This document shows, in pieces, positions 33,490 through 42,631 of a DNA stretch of 64,000 bases. The translations under genes and the position numbers were made by a program. Under the pieces are notes generated by a model, which saw only the letters and a program-made list of their open reading frames with translations, had not been told where the DNA came from and ran no database searches. Positions within the stretch are counted from its first letter, which is position 1. Each line of letters begins with the position of its first letter. Source of the DNA: an uncultured Planctomycetaceae bacterium. GTDB taxonomy: Bacteria; Planctomycetota; Planctomycetia; Planctomycetales; Planctomycetaceae. The stretch is from contig CAWFGE010000001.1 in NCBI GenBank assembly GCA_963815195.1, positions 20,718 to 84,717 on the forward strand, written 5' to 3'.

Positions 33490-35256
33490 CGAATATCCTT
33501 CTCGTCGGGATCGATGGGGGGATGGTTCGGCAACGGGGTCGGCGATTCGAGTTCCGGTTCCGTTTCTTCAGGTTCGTTGAGTTCGATGGTCTTGGCGTCG
33601 CTGCCGCGGCCGAGCGTGATCGTGTTCCAGTTCACCCGCAGGGTTTTCTCGGCCCGCGAAAACGCGCGGAGATACCGGCTGCGTTTGGTGGCGGGCGAGT
33701 CGTGCGGCGGGAAATGCGTGGCATCTTCGATTTCGTCCGCCGACAAAATCGCCCGCGTGCAGCCGGTCGTCTCCAATCGGCGATAATAACCGTCCGGCGA
33801 GAGTTCGTGGTAGCGAATGTCAATTTTCTTTTTCACCGCCTGGTCGGTGTCGGCGTCGGCGTCCTGAGTCTGCTCCAAGAGAAACCGCTTGGTGATCCAA
33901 TCCAACCGGCCGACGAGCGCCCCGGGATTGGTTTCGAGCAGCGAAAGCACTTCGCCCCAACGGCTCAGGATGTCGCGGGCTTCGTCGTTGGCGTCGGGAG
34001 ACTCGGCGACGAGCCGGGCGCAGGCTTCGTAATAATGCCTTTGAATGTCGAGGGCCGACCGCAGGACGCCGTCTTTGCAGCGAACTTTCGCTTCGAGAGA
34101 CGGGTCGGCACAGAAGATCCTGAGGGCCTTGATGGGGCGGGAGATCAAAGGCACCTTGGACAAATAGCCGGCTTCGAGGGCGTCCAAGGCGAGCATCGTC
34201 GTGCCCACGCGGAGGTACTCGGCTTCCTCGGCCATGTTGGAATCGCCCAAGCAGATTTGCAGCCGTTGCCGGGTGCAAGCAGCCGGGCGAACTCGCGGGG
34301 TGAAGACCAGGCCCGAAACATCAGGGCTTTGAAAAAATGCCCGATGCTGAAAATCGGCCGGTCGAACACGATCCCGTTGTATCCCAAGAGGCAATTCATG
34401 CCCCAGGCTTTGTCCGAGATTTGGAACTTTCCTTCCGCATCGACAAACCCCGCGCCGGCGAAGACGGGCGCGAAATCAGGAATGGCACCAGATCCCGCCG
34501 GACCTGATAAAACGCCGTCGCCCGCACCAAAAAATAAAGCCCCAAGGCCAAGGGGCCGGCGGCGAGGCGGATGAATCCGAGCGCCGTGGCTTCCACCCAT
34601 TCGGGCACGGGCGACGAGTAAGGCACGCGGCCGCTGAGTTCGTCTCCCAGCAAGGCCGCCTGCACGGGGCCGCGCCATTCGGCTTTCAAGAACGGCCACA
34701 AGAGCAGATACAGCACCCCCGCGACCAGCAGATATAAAATCAGCCCCAGGATCAAAACCAAATGCCCCAGCCACGCGAGCAGCATCAGCGGAAATAACCC
34801 ATAGAGCCCCCACCGCCAGAACCGCATCTGCCAGCCCGTGGCCAGGGTGAGTTCGTAGTTTTCCTGCGCCCCGTAGAGGTGGCCCCGGCTGTCGCAATCG
34901 TTTTTGATGAGCGAGAACACGCCCGGCACGTCGGCATCGCGGGCCGCTTCGGACAAAAGCAAATCCTGGGCCCGCTGATAGAGCACCGCTTCCTTGGGGC
35001 CCCGGCACTCGGGGGTGCTGCCTTCGACGAGACCGAAGCCGCCGGCAAACCGCACGCGCTCGAACCACACCGCCCCGCCGGTATCCGTAAAAACGCCCTC
35101 CTTCAAATCGCTGGCCGGGACGGTGAGAACCCGTTGCCCCAGCGTATGAACGAGGGCGTGATAGAGTTGGTAGTCGGCGGTCTCGTCAATCTGCGGATGG
35201 TCCGGATGAAACCGGATCGCATATTCCGTCTCCAAACCGACCAGCCGATTCAGCAT
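33486..35256 (-). CDS. PafA/Dop (Pup ligase) family protein with transmembrane insertion (two apparent frameshifts near 34465 and 34275)
   Basis: GLETEY, EGSTPEC, KNDCDSRGHLYGAQENY, PFLISR, AGAG, RLQICLGDSNM, LDWITK, DIRYHEL and VNW occur in the order of PafA/Dop motifs. Confidence 0.88.
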
Positions 35257-35295
35257 CGAGGGCAGGCTCCATTGGCAGGAGACGGAAAATCGAAA

Positions 35296-35478
35296 TTACT
35301 CGCCGCCGTGCGGAACCACGACTTCGTCGAGGTAGTTTTCCGGCTGGCGGCGGCTGTCGCGTCCGATGCTGAAGAGCACCCGGCTCAGCGGGACAATTTC
35401 TTTCCAAGGCGGGGCGGGGACAACCGCCGGCGCGGCTTGAGTTTCGGGCAAAGGGGTTTGCTGGGTTTTCGTGTTCAT
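35296..35478 (-). CDS. Pup-like small protein (60 aa) ending in GGE
   Basis: GAGG RBS before the ATG; MNTKTQQ...ENYLDEVVVPHGGE-stop; 39 nt upstream of the PafA-family gene. Confidence 0.75.
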   Translation of the reverse strand: MNTKTQQTPLPETQAAPAVVPAPPWKEIVPLSRVLFSIGRDSRRQPENYLDEVVVPHGGE

Positions 35479-35921
35479 GGTTGACCTCAGTGATGATAAA
35501 AAAACGATCGACCGGCTTTGCCGATTTTTCCGAATCTTCTGGCCTTTGTTTATTGTAACTGCCGATTGGGGCGGAAACAACAGGCCGGATTCCCAAGTTC
35601 GCCACGAATTTTGGAGAGACATTGGTTTCGAGGCATAATCGTTGAAGTCGCCCGCGTTTCCCATTACAACGAAATTGAGGAATCCACGGACCAGGGAATC
35701 TCCGAAAAACTTCCGTTTTCATTTTGGACACTTGGGCCGCACTCGAAAGGCGGGAAACCACGAAGCACACACCGGCTCCGCGGCAATCATCCTCTTCAGT
35801 CTAAGCCGGCACGGTCGGGCGGAAAATCCGCAGATCCTGCCGAACCAAGGTAGGCGTTTTTCCCAGAACCGTGTCTGCCGGCCGCGTTTCATCGTTCCCT
35901 TCTCGCGTTTGAGCACTTCCC

Positions 35922-36788
35922 ATGAGCGACCTGTATTGGGGCTTCGGCATCCTGGCGGTTTGGTCGGCGGCGATGTTTGCCCTGGCCCGGCGTCTCACGC
36001 GGCGCCGCGTGGGCCGGCGGCTGGAAATCCTGGCCGCGACGACGATTCTGGCCATCGGTGGTTACGTCATCTTTCTCTGGGACCACATCTTGCTGGCGAG
36101 GCTGCTGCCGTTTTCCAATCTGATCGTGCTCGCCAACTGGTTTCCGCCGCTGTTGGGGTTTTTGGGCGGCCTGGCGTGGAACGGGATTCCGGGTTCGCGG
36201 CTGAAGAAATCCGGCTATCTCGCGGGCCTGTTCGCTCTTATGGTGTCTGCCGTTGCCAGGCCGCTGTGGGGCCGGCCGCCGGTGTGCCACGATCACTGGC
36301 AGAACGGCGTCTGCATTCAGACGTCGCCCAAGACGTGCAGTCCGGCGTGTGCCGCCACGATTTTGGCCGGAGCCGGCGTGGAAGCGAGCGAGCAGGAAAT
36401 GGCCGAGATGTGCCTCACGCGCAAGGGCACGCTTTGGCAGGGACTTTATCGAGGGTTGAAACTCCAGACTGACGGGACTTCTTGGGACGTGGAAGTCTTC
36501 ACCGGCGATGTGGACCGGCTTCGCGAACTCGTTTCGGAGGGTCCGGTGATTCTGACCGTCGGCTTGCCCCGCGAACCGGTCGATGAAATCTACACCACCC
36601 GCTACGGCTGGTCGCGGGGCGAACTGCATTCGGTCGTGCTGTTCGGGTTTGGAGCCGAACGCGGAACGGAAGCGGAGCAGCGCGTGCAAATGGGAGACCC
36701 CAGCGTGTCCGGCGGCCGCGAGTCGTGGAGCGTGGAAGATCTCCGCGTTCTCTACCGGGGCCGGGGTTTGCGTCTGGTTTGCCGTTGA
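35922..36788 (+). CDS. Membrane-anchored C39-like cysteine peptidase
   Basis: About four N-terminal hydrophobic helices; QTSPKTCSPAC (Gln/Cys), HSVVL (His) and GDP (Asp). Confidence 0.75.
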   Translation: MSDLYWGFGILAVWSAAMFALARRLTRRRVGRRLEILAATTILAIGGYVIFLWDHILLARLLPFSNLIVLANWFPPLLGFLGGLAWNGIPGSRLKKSGYLAGLFALMVSAVARPLWGRPPVCHDHWQNGVCIQTSPKTCSPACAATILAGAGVEASEQEMAEMCLTRKGTLWQGLYRGLKLQTDGTSWDVEVFTGDVDRLRELVSEGPVILTVGLPREPVDEIYTTRYGWSRGELHSVVLFGFGAERGTEAEQRVQMGDPSVSGGRESWSVEDLRVLYRGRGLRLVCR

Positions 36789-36887
36789 CCGTGAGCCGAA
36801 GGCCGTAGCCGATGTTCGCTTCGCAAATTCCTCGGCAGTTTTATTAGCCCGAATCGCAAGTTTTGAAGTGGCGCGAAGCCGCAAAAT

Positions 36888-37146
36888 GTGAGCGGAAGGG
36901 CGCTAGCCCCCGGCCTTTGCGATGGAGATTTGGATATTACATCGCCGGCGGCTAGCGCCGGGCCGCTCATTTTAAGTGAGCGGAAGGGCGCTAGCCCCCG
37001 GCCTTTGCGATGGAGATTTGGATATTACATCGCCGGCGGCTAGCGCCGGGCCGCTCATTTTAAGTGAGCGGAAGGGCGCTAGCCCCCGGCCTTTGCGATG
37101 GAGATTTGGATATTACATCGCCGGCGGCTAGCGCCGGGCCGCTCAC
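36888..37146. repeat. Three identical tandem 88-bp palindromic units (REPIN-like family B)
   Basis: Units start at 36888, 36976 and 37064; each folds GTGAGCGG..CCGCTCA. Confidence 0.9.
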
Positions 37147-37150
37147 TTTG

Positions 37151-37342
37151 TTACCAGGGTTTCAGCTTCCAGCCGACGATGAATCCGATGCCGAAGCACC
37201 AAAGGGCCGCGGTGCCCGGATTTTGGCGGGCATAACATTTGAGGTATTCGATGATGTCGTCCGAAGGCTGCAGGCTCTCTTTGGGAATTGAAGAAGAGGA
37301 ATAGGTTTCCCGCATTTCGGGTCTCGTGCTTGTGGTATTCAT
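37151..37342 (-). CDS. Small DUF883/YqjD-like membrane-anchored protein
   Basis: YARQNPGTAALWCFGIGFIVGW C-terminal anchor; AGGAGG RBS. Confidence 0.7.
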   Translation of the reverse strand: MNTTSTRPEMRETYSSSSIPKESLQPSDDIIEYLKCYARQNPGTAALWCFGIGFIVGWKLKPW

Positions 37343-37389
37343 TAAAACCTCCTGATGGGCGATCGTCAAAGGGGTTGGGTTGTTCGAGT

Positions 37390-37836
37390 TTATGAGCGCT
37401 GAGCGGGGCGGTAAGGCCGGGGGTGCTTGAGGACATGCTTGATCCATTCGAGGTTGTTGTGGAATTCCTCGCGGGAGCGTTTCAGCGCGGCCACGCCGAC
37501 CCGCAGCCCTTTCCAAGCGATGAAGAACAGGATCGCGGCGAGGATCAATCCGCCCAAAGCCACGATCAGGGCCGACTCGGCGACGGTGAGCACCGTGAGG
37601 CTGGCAATCCACCAGGACAAGCCCAACAGCGCCAGCGGGCAACTTCCAAGCACGAAGCCGACGGCCAGGACAATCAAAAACGCGGGCACGCGGGCGTGCT
37701 TCAGCGTTTCGCCGGCATCGACCGTGAGCAACTCCAATTGGAGCTCGGCGAGACTCACCAGGTCCGCGCCCAGGGATCCCAGGTTGCTGACGATGTGCGG
37801 ATCGGGTGGCTCGTTTTCCCGCCGGGGCGCGTTCAT
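37390..37836 (-). CDS. YqjE-like (holin-like family) membrane protein
   Basis: LAELQLELL amphipathic segment, two TM helices; typical neighbour of DUF883 genes. Confidence 0.7.
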   Translation of the reverse strand: MNAPRRENEPPDPHIVSNLGSLGADLVSLAELQLELLTVDAGETLKHARVPAFLIVLAVGFVLGSCPLALLGLSWWIASLTVLTVAESALIVALGGLILAAILFFIAWKGLRVGVAALKRSREEFHNNLEWIKHVLKHPRPYRPAQRS

Positions 37837-38057
37837 CGCTTCACCCACCATCCCAGCAGAAGGCCGGCCACCATGCCCGTTGCCAGCGTGAGTCGAGGAT
37901 GATCGATGATTTGCTTGCGGAGACACGGCTCCCACCTTTCGCTGAAGGATAGATTCGTTTCACTCCCGGCCGCAAACGGGATGCCGAACGACGCGAACGG
38001 CTCGTGTCGCCGAGGGCTTGTCTCGAAGTTTTGCATCGGGCTTTGTTGTCCTTTCAT
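37833..38057 (-). CDS. Small DUF883-like protein
   Basis: IIDHPRLTLATGMVAGLLLGWWVKR; ATGA overlap with the next gene. Confidence 0.6.
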   Translation of the reverse strand: MKGQQSPMQNFETSPRRHEPFASFGIPFAAGSETNLSFSERWEPCLRKQIIDHPRLTLATGMVAGLLLGWWVKR

Positions 38058-38063
38058 GTGGAT

Positions 38064-38540
38064 TTAGTGTCGCCGCCTCGGACGGGCCGTTTCCATATCG
38101 CGGGCGGCCGGCGGAGTCGTTTGGGAGCTGCTTCCGCTCAGCGGCCCACTCTCGAAAATCTCGCCCAGTCGATTTCCCAGGTGCATCATGGCGGTTCTCA
38201 AGACCAGCGTTGTCAGAAAACCGAAGGCCCCGGCGACAAACCCGCTCTTCTCTTCTGCCTTAGGTCTCTGTTCCACGACGAGATGGTGCCTGCGGGCCAG
38301 TTTCTCCAAAGCCTCCACGTCGGGGGCTTGGATTTCGAGCTTTCGCGGCACGACGAGGTAGCCGATCAGAGCCGCCCCCCCCAGGCAGGCCCACGGGTAG
38401 TTGCGGATATAAAAATGCCAGTCCAACAGCGTCCTGGCACTGGTTTGCACTTTGCCCAGATCTTTATCGAGTTGGCCGCGGATGGAGTCCATCGTTTTGC
38501 GGATTTCCGCTGCTCGATCGTGTGGGCTTGGCTGACTCAC
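38064..38540 (-). CDS. DUF3618/YqjK-like hypothetical protein
   Basis: EIRKTMDSIR..DWHFYIRNYPWACLGGAALIGY; AGGAG RBS before GTG. Confidence 0.65.
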   Translation of the reverse strand: MSQPSPHDRAAEIRKTMDSIRGQLDKDLGKVQTSARTLLDWHFYIRNYPWACLGGAALIGYLVVPRKLEIQAPDVEALEKLARRHHLVVEQRPKAEEKSGFVAGAFGFLTTLVLRTAMMHLGNRLGEIFESGPLSGSSSQTTPPAARDMETARPRRRH

Positions 38541-38568
38541 GCTGTTCTCCTGACATGATTTCCGGCCG

Positions 38569-38712
38569 TCAGCCGAAACGCGCTAGCGTCCGGTTGTCTG
38601 CATAAACCGGGGCGAGCGCCCGGCGGCCGATCAATGCGACTTTGCAATTATCAGCCGGAACGCGCTCGCGCCCGGTTGTCTGCATAAATTGGGGCGAGCA
38701 CCGGCGGCTGAT
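38569..38712. repeat. Two REPIN-like doublets, family C
   Basis: TCAGCCG..ACGCGCT.GCG.CCGGTTGTCTGCATAAA..GGGGCGAGC..CCGGCGGC.GAT twice. Confidence 0.7.
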
Positions 38713-38747
38713 TTACGTGACAACGATTCTTCGAGCGATTTTAGATT

Positions 38748-39044
38748 TTAAGACGCAAAATGGTCCGTCCACGAAGAGGGGACGATGCCGCGAAGGTCGC
38801 GGAGCGAATCCATCACGCGGTGGCCGAGCTGCTCGGCGAACGATTCTTTGTTCGGCAAGAGTTGGGACGGGTTTTTCATTGTGCAGGACAACAAAACGCC
38901 GGCCCCCACTCCCAGGCCGAAACCGATCAAAACCGACGCGGCGGGATGCTGTTCGATCAATCCCTCCAGCCCGGAATGGCACGGACCCTCCTCGCAAGCG
39001 CCCTGCGACGGAAACCCCCGCGTCGAATGGGACGTGGAAATCAT
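38748..39044 (-). CDS. Small DUF883-like hypothetical protein
   Basis: IEQHPAASVLIGFGLGVGAGVLL motif. Confidence 0.6.
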   Translation of the reverse strand: MISTSHSTRGFPSQGACEEGPCHSGLEGLIEQHPAASVLIGFGLGVGAGVLLSCTMKNPSQLLPNKESFAEQLGHRVMDSLRDLRGIVPSSWTDHFAS

Positions 39045-39090
39045 GCTGCTGCTCCTTCTGGAAATCTCAGGGTTCGGGAAACGTAAGGGC

Positions 39091-39528
39091 TTACCGCTTG
39101 AGAACCAGGCCCACGATCAGCCCGGTAATCACGCCGGTGCCAAATGCCACGGCCACGGATTGCGTAGGCCGTTCGCGGATGGCGTTCTCGGCGCGGACGT
39201 AGCCGTCCTGGAAGGACTGCTGCATCTGCTCGTATTGCTGCCGGGCGGCTTCGCTATAGTGCTCGGCTTGCGCCTTAGCCTGTTTCGCGTACTCGCCCAT
39301 CTTTTCCGTCGCGCTCGATGCCGACGCTGCCACGTCCCGCAGCAACTGGTCGAGTTCTTCTTCAATTTTCTGCCGGGCCTGGCCGGTTTTTTGTTGAATG
39401 GCTCCCACAAGCTGGTCGGTATTGCCGTCCATGTTGTCCAGATCATGGGGATTGAGCTGGGTCCAGCGTTCTTCGATTCGGCCGCGCAGTTGGTTCCAAT
39501 GTCCGCGAATTTCTTCTTGGGTCGTCAT
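39091..39528 (-). CDS. CsbD/YjbJ-family stress protein fused to a DUF883-like tail
   Basis: IRGHWNQLRGRIEERW..L...DL....G..DQLVGAIQQKTG; IRERPTQSVAVAFG. Confidence 0.85.
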   Translation of the reverse strand: MTTQEEIRGHWNQLRGRIEERWTQLNPHDLDNMDGNTDQLVGAIQQKTGQARQKIEEELDQLLRDVAASASSATEKMGEYAKQAKAQAEHYSEAARQQYEQMQQSFQDGYVRAENAIRERPTQSVAVAFGTGVITGLIVGLVLKR

Positions 39529-39599
39529 CTCCTACTCCTGACGTTTATGAAGGTTGATTGGTTGGATTGTGACTCGTTCATCACCCGCCGCTACGAAAG

Positions 39600-39616
39600 G
39601 GCAATTCGCATGCCAG
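39600..39616 (-). promoter_or_regulatory. sigma54 (-24/-12) promoter motif for the csbD-like operon
   Basis: Minus strand TGGCATGCGAATTGC = GG-N10-GC, about 70 nt upstream of the ATG. Confidence 0.65.
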
Positions 39617-39952
39617 AACGCGAATCCCTCCGCGGAGGAGTCCGGGAGGCTGTCTTCAGGGCGAATGCTGGAGGAATTCCGGCAAATTGCCGGGGGAGCC
39701 TCCGGGGCGGTGCGATCCGCGCGGTCGCTCATCGATCACGCTGATCCCCGATCGACCAATCGAATTTCTGTTGGCTCCAACGTAGGCACCTCGCTCGTTG
39801 GCCGAAGCTTCCCACGCCTGGCTCGATGGCGGAAACAATTTCGAAATCGATCGGCCCGCGGATGGATTCTCCCTAAGACAACGTCGGAGGAAGTCCCTTT
39901 CTTTTTCCCGCCCGTCCTCGAGATCGGTGCGGGGATTCGTTTTGGAACCGTT

Positions 39953-39968
39953 CGGCACGCAAACTGCG
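39953..39968 (+). promoter_or_regulatory. sigma54 (-24/-12) promoter motif
   Basis: CGGCACGCAAACTGCG = GG-N10-GC, about 42 nt upstream of the ATG at 40011. Confidence 0.55.
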
Positions 39969-40010
39969 TTTGGTTGGGGCGAACGTTGCGAATCATTGAG
40001 GGATCAACCC

Positions 40011-40187
40011 ATGAATCTCAAGAGCCGAACCTTGACCGTTCCCAAAAACTTGGGAATTCTTTTGCTCTCGATCTGGCTGATTGCCGTCGGACTGGTTCCG
40101 CTGTTGGGCTTGGGGAGCGTGTTTCTTTCGATGCTTCTGAATGTGCTTGCCGTTGCCGCAGGCGTGCTGATGTTATTGGGCCGATAG
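40011..40187 (+). CDS. Small two-TM membrane protein
   Basis: KNLGILLLSIWLI..NVLAVAAGVLMLLGR; GAGG RBS. Confidence 0.7.
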   Translation: MNLKSRTLTVPKNLGILLLSIWLIAVGLVPLLGLGSVFLSMLLNVLAVAAGVLMLLGR

Positions 40188-40240
40188 CGTCCAGCCGAAT
40201 CTTCACCGAGTTTTCGAGTTTTTAGGGAAAGGAAATCGTC

Positions 40241-40405
40241 ATGTTGGGATGGGCAATCTTCTTTTTTATTGTTGCGTTGATCGCGGGGCTCCTGGGCTTT
40301 GGATTCGTCGGCGGGATGGCCTACGGTGCCGCAAAGATTTGCTTCTTCGTCTTTCTGGTGCTGTTTATCATCGCACTGGTGAGCGGGCGAAGGGTGAGCG
40401 TTTAG
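40241..40405 (+). CDS. DUF1328 (YtjA-like) small membrane protein
   Basis: Not in the ORF track; MLGWAIFFFIVALIAGLLGFGFVGGMAYGAAKICFFVFLVLFIIALVSGRRVSV. Confidence 0.88.
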   Translation: MLGWAIFFFIVALIAGLLGFGFVGGMAYGAAKICFFVFLVLFIIALVSGRRVSV

Positions 40406-40475
40406 CTTGAAGCGCTGAAGCATTCGGAAACTCTCAAGGCTCGATGGTTTTTCAGACCCCATCGGGCCTTGTCTT

Positions 40476-41396
40476 ATGGACGGAGCTCGCGGATACTTGA
40501 ACCAGGCGGGCATTGCATTCGTCATTGGGCCATTGGACGAAAAACACTTAGCCCCGTTTTCCCAAGTATTCGTCGCCGTGTCTGTGGAATCGCCAACCAG
40601 TTCCAACTCGATCGAGTGGACCCAGCCGACTCGCCGCGAAAGGCGAATCCTCCTCGTGGACGATACGCCCGCCAATCAGATGCTCGCGCGGGCGATCCTG
40701 GTGACGCGCGGTCACGTGGTCGAGGTTGCGGGCGACGGGCGGGAAGCCCTCGAACTCATCCAACGGTCCGCCTTCGATGTCGTGCTGATGGATGTGCAAA
40801 TGCCGACGATGGACGGTTTGACGGCCGTGCGGTTGATCCGCCAATTGCCCAAGGCTTTGCAATCGGAAATGCCGATTGTCGCCATGACCGGCCATAGCGC
40901 GCGCCAGGACCTTCGGGATTGCCTCGCCGCGGGCATGGATGCGTGTCTTCCCAAACCGGTGGACGCCGCCCAACTGATCAAAATGATAGAAACCATCGAG
41001 CGGCGTCCCGGCGGTTCGCATTCGAGCGAAACGGGCGGCAAACGGGTTCCCTCGCCCGCAGACATCTCCGCGATCAATATCGAGTCCGCGCGTGCGCGGC
41101 TGGGAGGCGATGAACTGGTCGCGGAACTCGCGCGGTTGTTCCTCGACGATGCCCCGGAGCTGTTGGCGAAGATCGAGCAAGCCGTTCATGCCGGCCAGCT
41201 TGAAGAACTCAACCGCGGGGCGCACAGCCTCAAAGGATTGGCCGCCAATTTTGACGCCGAAATTCTGATCGTGGCGGCGATCCAACTGGAAGACCGGTCC
41301 CTGCAAGCCGACCTCTCCAAAGCGCGCCGGCTTCTGCCCGAGTTAACCCGCGCCGTGCAAGAGGTCTCCGCAGCGCTTGAACGCTATCTGCGGTAA
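40476..41396 (+). CDS. Response regulator with receiver and Hpt domains
   Basis: ILLVDD, VLMDVQMPTMDG and KP receiver motifs; AHSLKG Hpt motif; start uncertain. Confidence 0.85.
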   Translation: MDGARGYLNQAGIAFVIGPLDEKHLAPFSQVFVAVSVESPTSSNSIEWTQPTRRERRILLVDDTPANQMLARAILVTRGHVVEVAGDGREALELIQRSAFDVVLMDVQMPTMDGLTAVRLIRQLPKALQSEMPIVAMTGHSARQDLRDCLAAGMDACLPKPVDAAQLIKMIETIERRPGGSHSSETGGKRVPSPADISAINIESARARLGGDELVAELARLFLDDAPELLAKIEQAVHAGQLEELNRGAHSLKGLAANFDAEILIVAAIQLEDRSLQADLSKARRLLPELTRAVQEVSAALERYLR

Positions 41397-41550
41397 CTCG
41401 CTCGGGCGTCCCGGATCTGTGGACGCAAACGCCGGGCGAATCTTGGCGGGGTTGTCCTAAAATCAGGGATGCTTTATAAATCCGGTTAGTCAAAACGGCC
41501 GGGGATCGGCCCGCGGCCAATTTCATTTGTGCTTGGGAAGGAGTCATCCG

Positions 41551-42483
41551 ATGCCGGTTTTCAAAGACAATTCCGAATCCATTGGCCGCACGCCGCTCGT
41601 GCAAATCAATCGGCTGACCGAGGGACTCAAGGCCCGCGTGCTCGCGAAAATCGAAGGCCGAAACCCGGCTTACAGCGTCAAATGCCGCATCGGGGCCAAC
41701 ATGATCTGGGACGCCGAGAAGCATGGCAAACTCAAGCCCGGCATGAAAGTCGTCGAGCCGACCAGCGGCAACACCGGGATCGCGCTCGCTTACGTCTGTG
41801 CCGCGCGGGGTTATCATCTCACGCTGACGATGCCCGACACCATGTCCATCGAACGGCGGCTGATGCTCAAATCCTTCGGGGCGGAACTGATCCTCACGCC
41901 CGGCGCGGAAGGCATGAAAGGCGCGATCTCCAAGGCGGAAGACCTCGCCAACAACCCGGAATACTACATCCCCCAACAATTCAAAAACCCCGCCAACCCG
42001 GAAATCCACTTTAAGACCACAGGGCCCGAAATCTGGAACGACACCGACGGCCAAGTGGATATTCTGATCTCCGGCGTGGGCACCGGCGGCACGATCACCG
42101 GCGTGTCCCGCTACATCAAAAAAGAAAAAGGCCACGCCCTCAAAGCGATCGCCGTCGAGCCGACCAACAGCCCGGTGCTCTCCGGCGGCTCGCCGGGCAA
42201 ACACAAAATCCAAGGCATCGGTGCGGGCTTTGTCCCCGACGTTCTCGATATGTCCCTCGTGGATGACGTCGTGCAGGTCACCGACGACGAGGCGTTCGAA
42301 ATGGCCCCGCGGCTGGCCCGCGAGGAAGGCATCACCTGCGGCATCAGCAGCGGCGCCGCAATGGCCGCCGCCCTCAAAGTCGCCGCCCGCCCCGAAAGCG
42401 CCGGGAAAACCATTGTGGTCGTCCTGCCCGACTCGGGCGAACGCTACCTCTCCACCCCGCTATTCGACGACGTCCGCGATTAA
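41551..42483 (+). CDS. cysK: Cysteine synthase A
   Basis: [26 protein letters not shown] and [10 protein letters not shown] motifs. Confidence 0.96.
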   Translation: MPVFKDNSESIGRTPLVQINRLTEGLKARVLAKIEGRNPAYSVKCRIGANMIWDAEKHGKLKPGMKVVEPTSGNTGIALAYVCAARGYHLTLTMPDTMSIERRLMLKSFGAELILTPGAEGMKGAISKAEDLANNPEYYIPQQFKNPANPEIHFKTTGPEIWNDTDGQVDILISGVGTGGTITGVSRYIKKEKGHALKAIAVEPTNSPVLSGGSPGKHKIQGIGAGFVPDVLDMSLVDDVVQVTDDEAFEMAPRLAREEGITCGISSGAAMAAALKVAARPESAGKTIVVVLPDSGERYLSTPLFDDVRD

Positions 42484-42631
42484 AGTTTTTGTTCTTGCAA
42501 TGTGCGAAATGGCGAGCGAGGGATTTCTTTTCATCCCGCTCGCTATTCTACCTTCAACGCAATGGTCATCGACGGGGACTCGTGAGCCGTTTACAATAAC
42601 GGGAGACCTCTTTTCCTGGGAAAGGCTGCCG

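Noticed and set aside
35296..36788. RiPP/bacteriocin locus (GG peptide plus C39 peptidase)
   Set aside because: The GG is followed by only one residue, so there is no core peptide, and the peptidase has no ABC exporter domain; the Pup-like reading fits better.
36888..37146. Possible CRISPR array
   Set aside because: The units, including the would-be spacers, are identical; the arms match REP-like elements elsewhere; no cas genes in the window.
37390..37836. Prophage, suggested by a holin-like gene
   Set aside because: It is a YqjE-like stress-cluster gene; no phage structural, lysis or integrase genes nearby.
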